Made by a program: the position numbers and the translations under genes
The notes under the pieces: generated by a model
What the model saw: the letters and a program-made list of their open reading frames with translations, nothing else
Told to the model about the DNA's origin: nothing
Database searches by the model: none
IMG/VR virus record: IMGVR_UViG_3300043449_001609
Span: 4,864-68,863 of that record
Strand: one strand, 5' to 3'
DNA: 64,000 bases
Origin: a virus
Shown: one piece after another, positions 1 to 9,991 of the stretch
Layout: every line of letters begins with the position of its first letter
How positions within the stretch are numbered: the first letter of the stretch is position 1

Positions 1-318
1 CGGGTGCTGAAGCCCGGCGGTACGTGCACCCTGATCTTCCCGCATTGGGCCAGCACACGGTACTACGGCGATCCGACGCACAAGGAGCCCTTCTCCGAGA
101 TGGGGTTTTATTACCTGTCGAAAGAGTGGCGCGCGCAGCAGGCGCCGCATACGGACATCGAGTGGAACCCGAACGGCTACACCTGCGACTTCCAAGCGGT
201 GTGGGGTAACGGCATGCACGCTGATCTGATGACCCGCTCACAGGACTACCAGCAGTTCGCCATGAGCTGGTACAAGGAGGCCATTCAAGACCTCCACGCG
301 ACGCTGACGAAGAAATGA
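1..318 (+). CDS. Class I SAM-dependent methyltransferase, C-terminal part (5'-truncated by window)
   Basis: Frame open from base 1; RVLKPGG motif typical of Methyltransf_11-type proteins, followed by GDPTH. Confidence 0.7.
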   Translation, partial: RVLKPGGTCTLIFPHWASTRYYGDPTHKEPFSEMGFYYLSKEWRAQQAPHTDIEWNPNGYTCDFQAVWGNGMHADLMTRSQDYQQFAMSWYKEAIQDLHATLTKK

Positions 319-524
319 GCGCCACGGCATTCCAGTTTGGCGCGTTCCAGACGGACGCGTTTCAGATATGCGTGCAGACGCTCTGGAGTGCCGTGGACAC
401 GGATGCAGGGGGCAGCACGGTATGGGCACGCGTGAACAACGCGCAGACGAACACATGGACCCAGCTGGACTCCTCCGCCGCGGCGGGCTGGACGCAACTG
501 GACAACACGGCAGGGTCTTGCTAG
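315..524 (+). CDS. Small hypothetical protein with W-T/S-x-V/L-D/N repeats
   Basis: ATGA overlap with upstream gene; repeated WSAVD/WARVN/WTQLD units. Confidence 0.5.
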   Translation: MSATAFQFGAFQTDAFQICVQTLWSAVDTDAGGSTVWARVNNAQTNTWTQLDSSAAAGWTQLDNTAGSC

Positions 525-570
525 GCCGGTTATTTTCTGGTTTACTTGCCACAACGTAGCGGGGTGTGTT

Positions 571-714
571 ATGCCATCGAAATCAGCCAAGCAGGCCCGC
601 ACGATGCGCGCTGCCGCACACTCCCCTCAATTCGCCAAGAAACTTGGCATTCCCACCAAGGTAGCGAAGGACTTCGTTGCCGCCGACAAACGCAAATCGA
701 AGCGAGGTAAATGA
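571..714 (+). CDS. Small basic protein (47 aa, MPSKSAKQARTMRAAAH...)
   Basis: Translated by hand (below ORF-track cutoff); tightly packed with next gene. Confidence 0.7.
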   Translation: MPSKSAKQARTMRAAAHSPQFAKKLGIPTKVAKDFVAADKRKSKRGK

Positions 715-715
715 C

Positions 716-844
716 ATGGCCGAGTCCAAGAAGATGGTCAAACGGGAGATTGCGTTCTTCAAGAAGAAGGGCGCTCCGAAGGACATGATCGCGCACGAGA
801 AGGCGGAAGCTAAATCGGCCGGCAAGAAAAAGGGGAAGAAGTGA
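716..844 (+). CDS. Small Lys-rich protein (42 aa, MAESKKMVKREIAFFKKKG...)
   Basis: Translated by hand; GAGGT RBS upstream; TGATG overlap with next gene. Confidence 0.7.
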   Translation: MAESKKMVKREIAFFKKKGAPKDMIAHEKAEAKSAGKKKGKK

Positions 845-1068
845 TGCCAACGCCCAACCCTAACGCCAAACCTCGTCGCGCCTCCACGGAGCCGACTGAG
901 GAGCAGAAGCAGATGGCACGCGACGCCGAGACGGATCGCCTGCAGCGTGCTGCAGCGAAAAGCGCACCAACCACCAAGACGACCATGGGCAAACGATTCG
1001 CCAAAGGCGGCGGCGTTCGTGGTGGCGGCTGCGCGTCCAAGGGCGTCGGTCGCGGCATGATGCGGTAA
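844..1068 (+). CDS. Small basic protein with FAKGG and RGxGxAxKG motifs
   Basis: ORF track; coupled start. Confidence 0.7.
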   Translation: MPTPNPNAKPRRASTEPTEEQKQMARDAETDRLQRAAAKSAPTTKTTMGKRFAKGGGVRGGGCASKGVGRGMMR

Positions 1069-1079
1069 GGAGGTGTGTG

Positions 1080-1334
1080 ATGGCCAAGTCTCCCGCGTGG
1101 CAGCGTAAGGAAGGCAAGAACCCCGAAGGCGGCTTGAACGCGAAGGGCCGCGCCTCCTACAACAAGGCGAACCCCGGCAAGCCGGGCCTCAAGCGTCCGC
1201 AGCCAGAAGGCGGCTCGCGCCGCGATTCGTTCTGCGCTCGCATGAAAGGCATGAAGAAAAAGCTCACCAGCTCCGAGACTGCCAAAGACCCGGACAGCCG
1301 GATCAACAAGAGCCTCCGGGCATGGAAATGCTGA
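1080..1334 (+). CDS. Small basic phage protein (DUF6321-like)
   Basis: AAGGAGGT RBS; GGLNAKGR...RRDSFCARM...SLRAWKC pattern. Confidence 0.7.
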   Translation: MAKSPAWQRKEGKNPEGGLNAKGRASYNKANPGKPGLKRPQPEGGSRRDSFCARMKGMKKKLTSSETAKDPDSRINKSLRAWKC

Positions 1335-1335
1335 C

Positions 1336-3291
1336 ATGCAGAACTTCTTTGATGTAGTGCAGACACGAACCGGCGACGCCATTTATGGCGCGTCTGTGAG
1401 CGTGTACGACGCATCAGGAGCGTTGGCCACCATATACAGCGACAACGGCACTACCCAACAGGTAAACCCGCTCACCACGAACGAGGACGGAGAGTATTCG
1501 TTTTACGCTGCGAACGGGCGGTACTCCCTCACTATCACGGCTTCCGGGTACGACGCTCAGACGCGCGGCGGCATTGTGCTGTACGACGCCAGCGGTGCAC
1601 TGGAGTGGGTGTGGGCGGAAGACTACGGTGCTGTCGGTGACGGTACAACTGACGACACGGATGCGCTGAGAACTGCGCTTGCTGTGGGCGGCCACGTAGT
1701 CCTCCGCGATGGAGCGACGTACCTGATTTCTTCTGGGCTCACGTTCACCAACGGTTCCGGTCTGGTGTGCCCAAACGGGTACGCGTGGCTGAAAGCCAAG
1801 ACGGGCGCTGGCGGTTTCTTTGCTACCAACGTCGGAACGCCGAGAACGGGCACCGACAAGAACATGATCGTTTGCACCAGCGCGGATGATCTGACGCTGG
1901 ACGGCATAGGGTTCACCACCGACGGTGTCATGCAGGTGGTTCTGCACGGCGTGCGGGTAACGGCTGGCACGGAGACGTACGGTTTCTCGTTCCGCCGGTT
2001 GCGCTTCTCCAACTGGCCTGTTGGCGTAATGGTTGTGTGCAACTCGCTGGGCGCGGCGCCCAACAAGATCATTGATATTGAGTCTGCGAATGGTTGCTAC
2101 GTTACCAACGACAACACATATTGGTTTGGCGGCACCCCCCAGACAACTGTTGTGGAGGTGGACAACGACCGTTTGGGCGGCGTTGCTTCCAGCCCCGGTG
2201 TAATTCGCATCGCATCAGTAAAGAACATCCTGTTCTCTGGCGGGGCACTGTTAAGCTACGGGCAGCAGACGGACGTTGTGAACCTGACCGGCACATCGGG
2301 CAACAAGACCGCTGGCTGGGACATCGAGATTGGCACTGTGGACGGCGTGGGCGAAGTCGTTGACATTTTTGCCAACGCTAACAACGTGCGCGTCGGGCAC
2401 GTAAAAAACACGTACAACGACGCCCTCAAGCTCATTCACGGCGCGCAGGGAAACAAGATTACGCTCGGCGTCTCCGAGAACTCCGGGCGTTCCGTTGTCG
2501 TGCTGAGCGGGTCCAACTCTGCAGATCAAGACACCAAGGGCAACTCGGTCACTGTGGGAACCGTGCGTAACCCCGGAACATATGGGCTGGGTACGACTGC
2601 GCAGACACAGGTTGTCCTGTTCCTCCTCTCGACGGGAACGTACAAGCCGGTAAGTAACCACGTGCACATCCAGAACGTCATCGGTGATGGTGTCAATCTG
2701 GACTATGTCGTCCATGATGGCAGCGGTGCGTCAAACAACGACAACAGCATCATCATAGATCGCGCACAGGGATGGGCGATAGCCAGCACAGGCGGGTCCA
2801 CACCCGGGTCTGGCAGCAGCAACTATCAAGTTCAGTGCACGTCGCCGTGCTATACGATGATGGCGTTGTCTGGCGATCAGACGGGTATCGTTACTGCGAC
2901 GGACACCGTCGTCGACTGGGGCGAAACCATTGTTGATCTTGAAGGTCTTGCGGACCTCGTAAACAACAAGATCACCGTGAAGTGGCCCGGGCTGTATCAG
3001 TTTGAGGCATCTGCCCGTTTGAATGCGCAGGCGGTTGGGGCAACGGATCAGTGGCGGCTGACGCTGTACAAGGCGGGCACATCCCCTGTTGTGTCTGGAC
3101 GTGGGCGCATCCAGTTCACCGCCACCAACGATGAAACGATAACTGTGCGCGCCACCATATACGTGGACTACAACGACGTCGGTACGACGTTCGCTGATTT
3201 CTCTGTCAAGTTCTACCAGACCACCGGGGTGGATCGCACGGTGTCTGATGCCAACACCATGACGTACTTCTCCGCAACACGGATCAAGTGA
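1336..3291 (+). CDS. Tailspike/receptor-binding protein with probable beta-helix domain
   Basis: DYGAVGDGTTDDT motif that starts pectate-lyase-like beta-helices; N-terminal anchor shared with next gene. Confidence 0.75.
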   Translation: MQNFFDVVQTRTGDAIYGASVSVYDASGALATIYSDNGTTQQVNPLTTNEDGEYSFYAANGRYSLTITASGYDAQTRGGIVLYDASGALEWVWAEDYGAVGDGTTDDTDALRTALAVGGHVVLRDGATYLISSGLTFTNGSGLVCPNGYAWLKAKTGAGGFFATNVGTPRTGTDKNMIVCTSADDLTLDGIGFTTDGVMQVVLHGVRVTAGTETYGFSFRRLRFSNWPVGVMVVCNSLGAAPNKIIDIESANGCYVTNDNTYWFGGTPQTTVVEVDNDRLGGVASSPGVIRIASVKNILFSGGALLSYGQQTDVVNLTGTSGNKTAGWDIEIGTVDGVGEVVDIFANANNVRVGHVKNTYNDALKLIHGAQGNKITLGVSENSGRSVVVLSGSNSADQDTKGNSVTVGTVRNPGTYGLGTTAQTQVVLFLLSTGTYKPVSNHVHIQNVIGDGVNLDYVVHDGSGASNNDNSIIIDRAQGWAIASTGGSTPGSGSSNYQVQCTSPCYTMMALSGDQTGIVTATDTVVDWGETIVDLEGLADLVNNKITVKWPGLYQFEASARLNAQAVGATDQWRLTLYKAGTSPVVSGRGRIQFTATNDETITVRATIYVDYNDVGTTFADFSVKFYQTTGVDRTVSDANTMTYFSATRIK

Positions 3292-3292
3292 C

Positions 3293-4738
3293 GTGCAAAA
3301 CTTTTTTGATGTCGTACAGACCCGCACCGGCGACGCTATTTACGGCGCGTCCGTGAGTGTGCACAACTCAGGCGGATCGCTTGCTACGATATACAGCGAT
3401 GATGGGGTGACGCAGCAGACGAACCCCATGACAACGAACGCAGATGGGGAGTACTCCTTTTTCGCCGCGGACGGCAAGTACTCAATCACCATTACGGCTA
3501 CCGGGTACGACACGCAGGTACGCTCCGGAGTTGTCCTGTACGATGCTGCAGTGGCACAACCATTGTCGGCTACTGACGTCTCGTTTCCGACCCAAAACGA
3601 TGTTCTGGCCTATATTGACGGGCTATGGCGTAACAGCCCCGGCTGGAGCGGCGTCAGCTTGTTGCCGCTGAATAATACGTGGACTGGCACGAACACGTTC
3701 ACTGCCACTGTAACGGCAGATCAGTTGTATGCGTCGTTTGTAAAAATAGGCGGGAGCTACTGGATATACGGCGACGGTTCGTTTGCCGGCGATTATATGC
3801 GCTGGGAGTACTCATCGGATGGTGTGACTGGCGGCGCCGCGTTTATACCCAGTGCAGCAACAGCGGCATACAATTTTTACATAGACAGCACGCACGCTGT
3901 AGCCATTGAGGACACAGGAAACATCCTGCTGTACTCTGGGGCACCTACAATCTCCAGTGCATACCACGTCGTCCCAAAAGGCTACGCTGACGCCACGTAC
4001 GCGCCGAAAGGTGCTGCCACTGCCAGCGGAATTACTATGACCAGCGCGCGTCTTCTCGGGCGCACGACGGCAAGCACAGGAGCCATTGAGGAACTGACGG
4101 TTGGTGCTGGCTTGACGCTGAGTGCCGGCGCGCTCGGGCGCCCTGCATTGACGGGAGATGTCACGGCGTCGGCCGATAGCAACGCCACCACGATTGCCAA
4201 TAACGCCGTTACCACGGCAAAGATTAATGATACGGCGGTTACGACTGCCAAGATCACCGACGCCAATGTCACGAACGCCAAGCTGGCGAACATGGCGAAC
4301 AGCACCATCAAGGGTCGCACCACGTCTGGCACTGGCGTGCCAGAAGACATGACCGCGGCGCAGACCGCTGCCATTGTGCAGGGTGACGGCCTCACGGTCG
4401 ACCTATGCGGGTTCCGTGGCGTGCCGTTGAACTCTCAGAGCGCCGACTACGGAATAGTAGCGGCGGATTCAGGCAAGACAATTGCGCACCCCTCTACGGA
4501 CGCTAACAATCGGACGTTCACGATCCCTGCCAACGGCAGTGTTGCGTTCCCAATCGGAACTGCCCTGACGTTCTCCAACATGAGCGCCAATTCACTAACC
4601 ATCGCCATCACGACGGATACGATGTATCTGGCGGGGGCAGGCACTACGGGATCGCGCACATTGGCCCAGTATGGTGTAGCGACGGCGCTCAAGCTCACGT
4701 CCACAACGTGGCTTATCAGCGGCACGGGGTTGGCCTAA
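3293..4738 (+). CDS. Fibre protein with the same N-terminal anchor domain
   Basis: First ~85 aa near-identical to 1336 gene; VTTAKI repeats; C-terminal WLISGTGL. Confidence 0.75.
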   Translation: MQNFFDVVQTRTGDAIYGASVSVHNSGGSLATIYSDDGVTQQTNPMTTNADGEYSFFAADGKYSITITATGYDTQVRSGVVLYDAAVAQPLSATDVSFPTQNDVLAYIDGLWRNSPGWSGVSLLPLNNTWTGTNTFTATVTADQLYASFVKIGGSYWIYGDGSFAGDYMRWEYSSDGVTGGAAFIPSAATAAYNFYIDSTHAVAIEDTGNILLYSGAPTISSAYHVVPKGYADATYAPKGAATASGITMTSARLLGRTTASTGAIEELTVGAGLTLSAGALGRPALTGDVTASADSNATTIANNAVTTAKINDTAVTTAKITDANVTNAKLANMANSTIKGRTTSGTGVPEDMTAAQTAAIVQGDGLTVDLCGFRGVPLNSQSADYGIVAADSGKTIAHPSTDANNRTFTIPANGSVAFPIGTALTFSNMSANSLTIAITTDTMYLAGAGTTGSRTLAQYGVATALKLTSTTWLISGTGLA

Positions 4739-5496
4739 TGGGCGGTACGTTTCAGGCTTTGTTGATGGTGCGAGGCGAACAAGTGATTCCGTTCTCGGCT
4801 GTGTCGCTGTTGCTGCACATGAACGGAGCGGACGGCAGCACGACGTTCACTGACAGCAGCAGCTACGCCACGAACCCGAGCCACATATTTTCATGGCCGA
4901 AGATCTCCAGCACGTCGCCGAAGTTCGGCAACGGCTGTGGTTCTTTTGGGGTAACTGGCGCGGGCGACAACGGCTATTTAGACCGTAGCTACGTGTCGTA
5001 CCTCGACTTCAGTTCGGGGAATTTCACGGTCCAGTATTGGTTTCGCTCGACCAATTCGGCGCAGGTTTCTCGGCGCATGATTTCGTTCTGTAAGGCAGGG
5101 CCTTCTGCGGCCGCCGACTTCCAGTACACCATCGCTATCAACAGCGGCGGGACGCTCTATGCCAGCGTGTACTCGGGGTCTACAGGGTACACCGTGGGAT
5201 CAGCGTTATGGTCGACGTATGCCGATGGCAACTGGCACTTCCTCGAACTCTGTCGGATAGGTAATGATTTTTTCATGCTTATAGATGGTTCTGTGATCGG
5301 CTCAATAACGCAGAGTATTACGTTGAACACCAACGCCGCGTGGCTACTAGAGATCGGCGCGATTCAGCCCTCGGTTAGCCAGCCGTACAGCGGATACTTT
5401 GACGACATGCGACTAATCAAAGGGTATGGCTTGAAGTACACCAGCGTACCGACAGCCCAGTTTTCCGATAGCTCCGTGAACCCAACAGGCGGCTGA
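4738..5496 (+). CDS. LamG/concanavalin-A-like lectin-domain virion protein
   Basis: SLLLHMNGADGSTTFTDSS, FTVQYW, WHFL, GYFDDMRL; TAATG coupling gives start 4738. Confidence 0.75.
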   Translation: MGGTFQALLMVRGEQVIPFSAVSLLLHMNGADGSTTFTDSSSYATNPSHIFSWPKISSTSPKFGNGCGSFGVTGAGDNGYLDRSYVSYLDFSSGNFTVQYWFRSTNSAQVSRRMISFCKAGPSAAADFQYTIAINSGGTLYASVYSGSTGYTVGSALWSTYADGNWHFLELCRIGNDFFMLIDGSVIGSITQSITLNTNAAWLLEIGAIQPSVSQPYSGYFDDMRLIKGYGLKYTSVPTAQFSDSSVNPTGG

Positions 5497-5497
5497 C

Positions 5498-6205
5498 ATG
5501 ACAAGCGTACTATCAGGAACAGGGACTACATCGGGCGTCACTACGTTCGATCTGGACCTCACCGAGATTATCGAGGAGGCATACGAGCGCTGTGGCGCCG
5601 AGCTGCGTACGGGATATGAGGTACGCACAGCGCGCCGTTCGCTCAACCTGTTACTGCAGGACTGGGCCAATCGCGGCATAAACCTGTGGACGCTAGAGGA
5701 AGGCACGCAAGTGCTGACGGCTGGGACGGACACCTACGTGTTGCCCACGGACACGGTCGACCTGCTCGATCATGTGATCCGCACCGGTAGCGGCACCACG
5801 CAGTCCGACATCACTATTTCGCGCATCAGCTCCTCCACGTACGCGAGCATCCCCACCAAGACGTCAGCAGGTCGGCCCATCCAAATCTGGGTGCAGCGCT
5901 TGCTCACGCCGCAGTTCACGGTGTGGCCGGTGCCGGACGACACCCAGACGTACACGTTGGTCTATTGGCGCTTGCGGCGCATGGACGACATGCTGACAGG
6001 GGTGAACACAACCGACGTGCCGTTCCGTCTGTTGCCGGCGCTGGTCGCAGGGCTGGCGTACTACCTGTCCATGAAGGTGCAGGGCGCGCTGGAGCGCATG
6101 CCCGCACTGAAGGCGCAGTACGATGAGTTCTGGCAGATGGCTGCCGACGAAGACCGCGAGAAGGCGCCGATACGGCTCGTGCCGCGTGCGATGCCGTGGC
6201 GGTGA
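5498..6205 (+). CDS. Head-tail adaptor / tail tubular protein A-like
   Basis: EIIEEAYERCG...ARRSLNLL...WANRG...VWPVPD pattern; structural context. Confidence 0.6.
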   Translation: MTSVLSGTGTTSGVTTFDLDLTEIIEEAYERCGAELRTGYEVRTARRSLNLLLQDWANRGINLWTLEEGTQVLTAGTDTYVLPTDTVDLLDHVIRTGSGTTQSDITISRISSSTYASIPTKTSAGRPIQIWVQRLLTPQFTVWPVPDDTQTYTLVYWRLRRMDDMLTGVNTTDVPFRLLPALVAGLAYYLSMKVQGALERMPALKAQYDEFWQMAADEDREKAPIRLVPRAMPWR

Positions 6206-6208
6206 AGC

Positions 6209-6598
6209 ATGAGCAGCCAATTCGCCTCTGGAAAAATCGCGATTGCGGTGTGCGACCGCTGTGGCTTCCAGTACAAGCTGAAAGAGCTCAAGACGCTCAC
6301 GATCAAGACCAAGCAGGTCAACCTGCTGGTGTGCCCGTCGTGCTGGGAGCCGGATCATCCGCAGCTCCAGCTGGGTATGTACCCCGTATCAGACCCGCAG
6401 GCACTGCGCAACCCCCGGAGGGATACATCCTACGAGGCTTCTGGTACACTTCCGGACGGCTCCATTGGCGAGGGCAGCAGGGTGTTTCAGTGGGGGTGGA
6501 ACCCGGTCGGGGGCTCCCGCGCATTCGACGCTGACATGACGAAGAACGACCTTGTCCTGACCATCTTGGTAGGCACGGTCACAGTGACCACCACGTGA
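6209..6598 (+). CDS. Hypothetical protein with two CxxC pairs
   Basis: CDRCG and CPSCW; packed in operon. Confidence 0.65.
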   Translation: MSSQFASGKIAIAVCDRCGFQYKLKELKTLTIKTKQVNLLVCPSCWEPDHPQLQLGMYPVSDPQALRNPRRDTSYEASGTLPDGSIGEGSRVFQWGWNPVGGSRAFDADMTKNDLVLTILVGTVTVTTT

Positions 6599-6602
6599 GG
6601 GT

Positions 6603-6728
6603 ATGACCATGAAGAACGCCAGCAAACCCAGCGGAAAGGGCAACGTCGGTAAGACGAACGCCAACATGCTGAAGCTCGGTCGCAACCGTGCCAAGATCGC
6701 CGCCCAGAAAGGCGGAAAAGGAGCCTGA
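6603..6728 (+). CDS. Small basic protein (41 aa)
   Basis: Translated by hand: MTMKNASKPSGKG...KGGKGA; GAGGG RBS. Confidence 0.55.
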   Translation: MTMKNASKPSGKGNVGKTNANMLKLGRNRAKIAAQKGGKGA

Positions 6729-6729
6729 C

Positions 6730-6927
6730 ATGCCTACCTACAAACAGCCGTCCAAAGTCGCGTCGCCGGAAGCCGGCCCCGCCAAGGTGCGGGAGACTCT
6801 GCGTGCCAACGTCACGATTGCCAATCGGCGCAGCAACGCGTACGACGGCGTCAAGACGTCCGGCATCAAGGTTCGCGGCACGGGTGCAGCAACCAAGGGT
6901 TTGATGGCCCGCGGCCCGATGGCATGA
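6730..6927 (+). CDS. Small basic protein with RGTGAATKG motif
   Basis: AAGGAG RBS before ATG 6730. Confidence 0.7.
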   Translation: MPTYKQPSKVASPEAGPAKVRETLRANVTIANRRSNAYDGVKTSGIKVRGTGAATKGLMARGPMA

Positions 6928-6930
6928 TCC

Positions 6931-7593
6931 ATGAACTACACGCAGCTCGTTGCGGCAGTTCAGTCGTACCTTGAGGACACGGACAGCACGTTCGTCGCGC
7001 TGATCCCGACGTTCATCACGCAGGCGGAGACACGGATATTCAACACCGTGCAGTTTCCGGCGCTGCGCCGCACGTCGCTGGGTAACGCCACCATCAGCAA
7101 TCGGTTCTTGAGCTGCCCCAGCGACTTCCTTGCCCCCTACTCTCTGGCCGTCGTGCTGAGCACGGGGGAGTATCGGTTCCTGCTGAACAAGGACGCGACG
7201 TTCATTCGCGAAGCCTACCCAACGATCACCGCGACCGGCATCCCGCGCTACTACGCGCTGTTTGGTCCGCAGTACACGGACGCCACCGAGTTGTCGCTGA
7301 TCTTGGGGCCGACGCCCAACGCCACCTACAGCATGGAGCTCCAGTACTTCTTCTACCCCGAGTCGATCACGGTCGCCGCGAGCGGCACGACGTGGTTGGG
7401 TGACAACTACGATCCGGTGCTGTTGTATGGCACGCTGGTCGAGGCGTACACCTACATGAAGGGTGAGGCGGACCTGCTGCAGCTGTACGACGCGAAGTAC
7501 AAGGAAGCCCTTGCCCAAGCCAAGCGTCTGGGAGACGCCATGGAGCGGCAGGACTCGTACCGCGGCGGCCAGTACCGACAGGCGGTGACCTGA
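6931..7593 (+). CDS. Second adaptor / tail tubular-like protein
   Basis: MNYTQLVAAVQSY...FITQAETRI...GIPRYY...LGPTP...LLYGTLVEA pattern. Confidence 0.6.
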   Translation: MNYTQLVAAVQSYLEDTDSTFVALIPTFITQAETRIFNTVQFPALRRTSLGNATISNRFLSCPSDFLAPYSLAVVLSTGEYRFLLNKDATFIREAYPTITATGIPRYYALFGPQYTDATELSLILGPTPNATYSMELQYFFYPESITVAASGTTWLGDNYDPVLLYGTLVEAYTYMKGEADLLQLYDAKYKEALAQAKRLGDAMERQDSYRGGQYRQAVT

Positions 7594-7594
7594 C

Positions 7595-8020
7595 ATGGCT
7601 ATCCAGCAGACGGCCACATACAGTTTCGCAGCACAGCTGCCTGTTGGCACGCACGTGTTTGGCACTGACGTCCTCAAGATGGCGCTGTACATCAGCACCG
7701 CAACACTCAACGCCGACACGACGGCGTACACGGCGTCTGGTGAGGTGTCGGCCACTGGGTACACAGCTGGAGGCGCCACGTTGACAGGGGTTGCCGTGAC
7801 ATCGTCGGATGGTGTGGCGTGCATCACTTTTGCGGCGCCGGTGTGGACGGCAGCGCTGACGGCGCGCGGCGCACTGATATACAACTCGTCCAAGGCGAAC
7901 GCTGCCATTGCCGTGTTGGACTTTGGCGGGGACAAGACATCCACCACCACGTTCACCGTAACGCCGCCGGCGGCCACATCCACGAGTGCGGTCATCCGCA
8001 TTCGCGTGGGCAACATTTAA
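7595..8020 (+). CDS. Probable structural protein
   Basis: LKMALY...GYTAGG...ARGALIYN...VLDFGGDK; structural operon. Confidence 0.6.
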   Translation: MAIQQTATYSFAAQLPVGTHVFGTDVLKMALYISTATLNADTTAYTASGEVSATGYTAGGATLTGVAVTSSDGVACITFAAPVWTAALTARGALIYNSSKANAAIAVLDFGGDKTSTTTFTVTPPAATSTSAVIRIRVGNI

Positions 8021-8029
8021 GGAGGCGTC

Positions 8030-9436
8030 ATGCCCAGTTCATATTCCACCAACCTTGCGCTGGAGCTGATGGCCACCGGCGACAAGGCCGGCCTATGGGG
8101 AGACATCACCAACACCAACCTCGGCACTCTGATTGAGCAGGCTATCAGCGGGTACGTGACGCAGGCCATCACGGATGGCGCCGACACCGTCATCACGATC
8201 CCGAACGGTGCCACGGGCGTGGCGCGGAACATGTTTCTGGAGCTGACGGGCGCGCTGTCTGCTGCACGCAATCTGATTGTCCCTGCCAACAAGAAACTGT
8301 ACTTCATCTACAACAACACCACCGGCGGCAGTGGGTATGCTGTGACGGTGAAGGTCAGCGGGCAGACGGGCGTGTCCGTCCCCAACGGCGCCAAGATGCT
8401 GCTGGTGTGCGATGGCACCGACGTTGAGCTGGCAACAACGTACATGCGCATGACGGGGATGACGTCCTCGGGTGCGGTGGGTATTGGCACAACGACGCCG
8501 CTATTTTCTCTTGATGTGAGCGGCACCGGCGCAGACACATTCATTCGCCAGATCAATACCGGCACTTCGGCATCCGACGACTCTATCGTCTCTGTGCAGA
8601 CAAGCTCGACAGGCACGACAGCTACCGTATCGGGGTTGTATTTCGGGGACGGAGACAACCAAACAATAGGCCGCTTGTGGTACCAGCACGCTGACGACTC
8701 CATGGCGTTCTACACGAACAGCACTGAAAAGCTTCGTGTGACTTCAGCCGGGTATGTTGGTATTGGCACCACAAGCCCAAACTGGAAACTTGATGTACAA
8801 GGCACTGGAACTGACACATTCTTCCGCCAGTTGAATACCGGAACCTCCGCTTCCGACGACTCAATTATCTCCATACAGACCAGCTCGACTGGCGCCACAG
8901 CTACGTTGTCCGGCATCTACTTCGGAGACGGCGATAGCCAGACGGTTGGGCGTATCTGGTACAGCCACAGCTCCAACAACTTGCAGTTCTGGACAAGTGA
9001 CACGTACCAAGGGGCTATCGACACGGATGGCAACTGGTTGGTCGGGTACAGCGGCTCCAACGGCGCGTACAAGCTGCAGGTCAACTCCCAGATATTCGCC
9101 ACCAACGCCACGATTGCCACGTCCGATGGTCGATACAAGGAAAACGTGCAGGCGCTGGAGGCTGGGCTGAGTGTGATCGAGAAGTTGCGCCCGGTTACCT
9201 TCACGTGGCGCCCGCACACGGTGCACAACTTCCCTGTCGGGACGACCGACATCGGTTTCATCGCGCAGGAGGTGAAGACTGCGCTGCCGTTCTGGTATGG
9301 CGGCGCCGTGGTGAAGGAGAACTCGATTGGCGACGAGCCGTTCCTTGGCATGGCCGACAGCAAACTGATCCCGATTCTGGTTCGTGCGGTGCAGGAACTG
9401 GCCGCCCGAGTTTCTGAACTGGAGGGTGCGCGGTGA
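8030..9436 (+). CDS. Tail fibre with C-terminal intramolecular chaperone (peptidase S74)
   Basis: Two ~93-aa VGIGTTxP repeats; TSDGRYKENV...GFIAQEV...VRAVQEL. Confidence 0.85.
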   Translation: MPSSYSTNLALELMATGDKAGLWGDITNTNLGTLIEQAISGYVTQAITDGADTVITIPNGATGVARNMFLELTGALSAARNLIVPANKKLYFIYNNTTGGSGYAVTVKVSGQTGVSVPNGAKMLLVCDGTDVELATTYMRMTGMTSSGAVGIGTTTPLFSLDVSGTGADTFIRQINTGTSASDDSIVSVQTSSTGTTATVSGLYFGDGDNQTIGRLWYQHADDSMAFYTNSTEKLRVTSAGYVGIGTTSPNWKLDVQGTGTDTFFRQLNTGTSASDDSIISIQTSSTGATATLSGIYFGDGDSQTVGRIWYSHSSNNLQFWTSDTYQGAIDTDGNWLVGYSGSNGAYKLQVNSQIFATNATIATSDGRYKENVQALEAGLSVIEKLRPVTFTWRPHTVHNFPVGTTDIGFIAQEVKTALPFWYGGAVVKENSIGDEPFLGMADSKLIPILVRAVQELAARVSELEGAR

Positions 9437-9783
9437 AATACTTCACTGAAGCTGAGTTTGTGTGCTCGTGCTGCGGCGAAAACGGGATGCTTCGCTCTAC
9501 CATGGAAGCGCTCGACCGACTGCGCGGTGAGTGTGGGTTTCCCTTCATCATCACCAGCGGGTACAGATGCCCGAAGCACAACGAAGCGGTGGGTGGGGAA
9601 AAGAACTCCATGCACATGCGTGGCATAGCTGCCGATATTGCGTGCAGCGCGTCACAGGCGTACATCATTCTTTCCCTTGCCGCACGCCATGGGTTTCGCG
9701 GCATCGGTGTGTCGCAGAAGGGTTACAGTCGGTTCGTTCATCTGGACACGCGGGATACGCCCGCAGTTGTCTGGTCCTACTAG
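9433..9783 (+). CDS. Endolysin, peptidase M15A family
   Basis: YFTEAEFVCSCCG, ITSGYRCPKHN, SMHMRGIAAD, FVHLD. Confidence 0.85.
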   Translation: MKYFTEAEFVCSCCGENGMLRSTMEALDRLRGECGFPFIITSGYRCPKHNEAVGGEKNSMHMRGIAADIACSASQAYIILSLAARHGFRGIGVSQKGYSRFVHLDTRDTPAVVWSY

Positions 9784-9793
9784 GAGGTGTGTC

Positions 9794-9991
9794 ATGCCCG
9801 GTGATGGAGTAAAGACAGAGCGCAAGTCGTGGTACAAGTCGAAGACGATCATCGTCAATGCGGCGATTGGTAGTCTTGCATCGGCAGCCCCGGAACTGGT
9901 TGCGTTGATCCCCCCGCAGTATCAGGTGCTTGGGGTCGTGGCGATCAACCTGCTCCTGCGCAAGTTCACGAACCAGCCGTTGGGCAAGTAG
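9794..9991 (+). CDS. Small membrane protein, holin-like
   Basis: AGGAGG RBS; KSWYKSKT then two hydrophobic segments; next to endolysin. Confidence 0.55.
   Translation: MPGDGVKTERKSWYKSKTIIVNAAIGSLASAAPELVALIPPQYQVLGVVAINLLLRKFTNQPLGK

Noticed and set aside
1336-9436. Diversity-generating retroelement acting on fibres
   Set aside because: No reverse transcriptase; repeats differ at synonymous sites rather than at adenines specifically.
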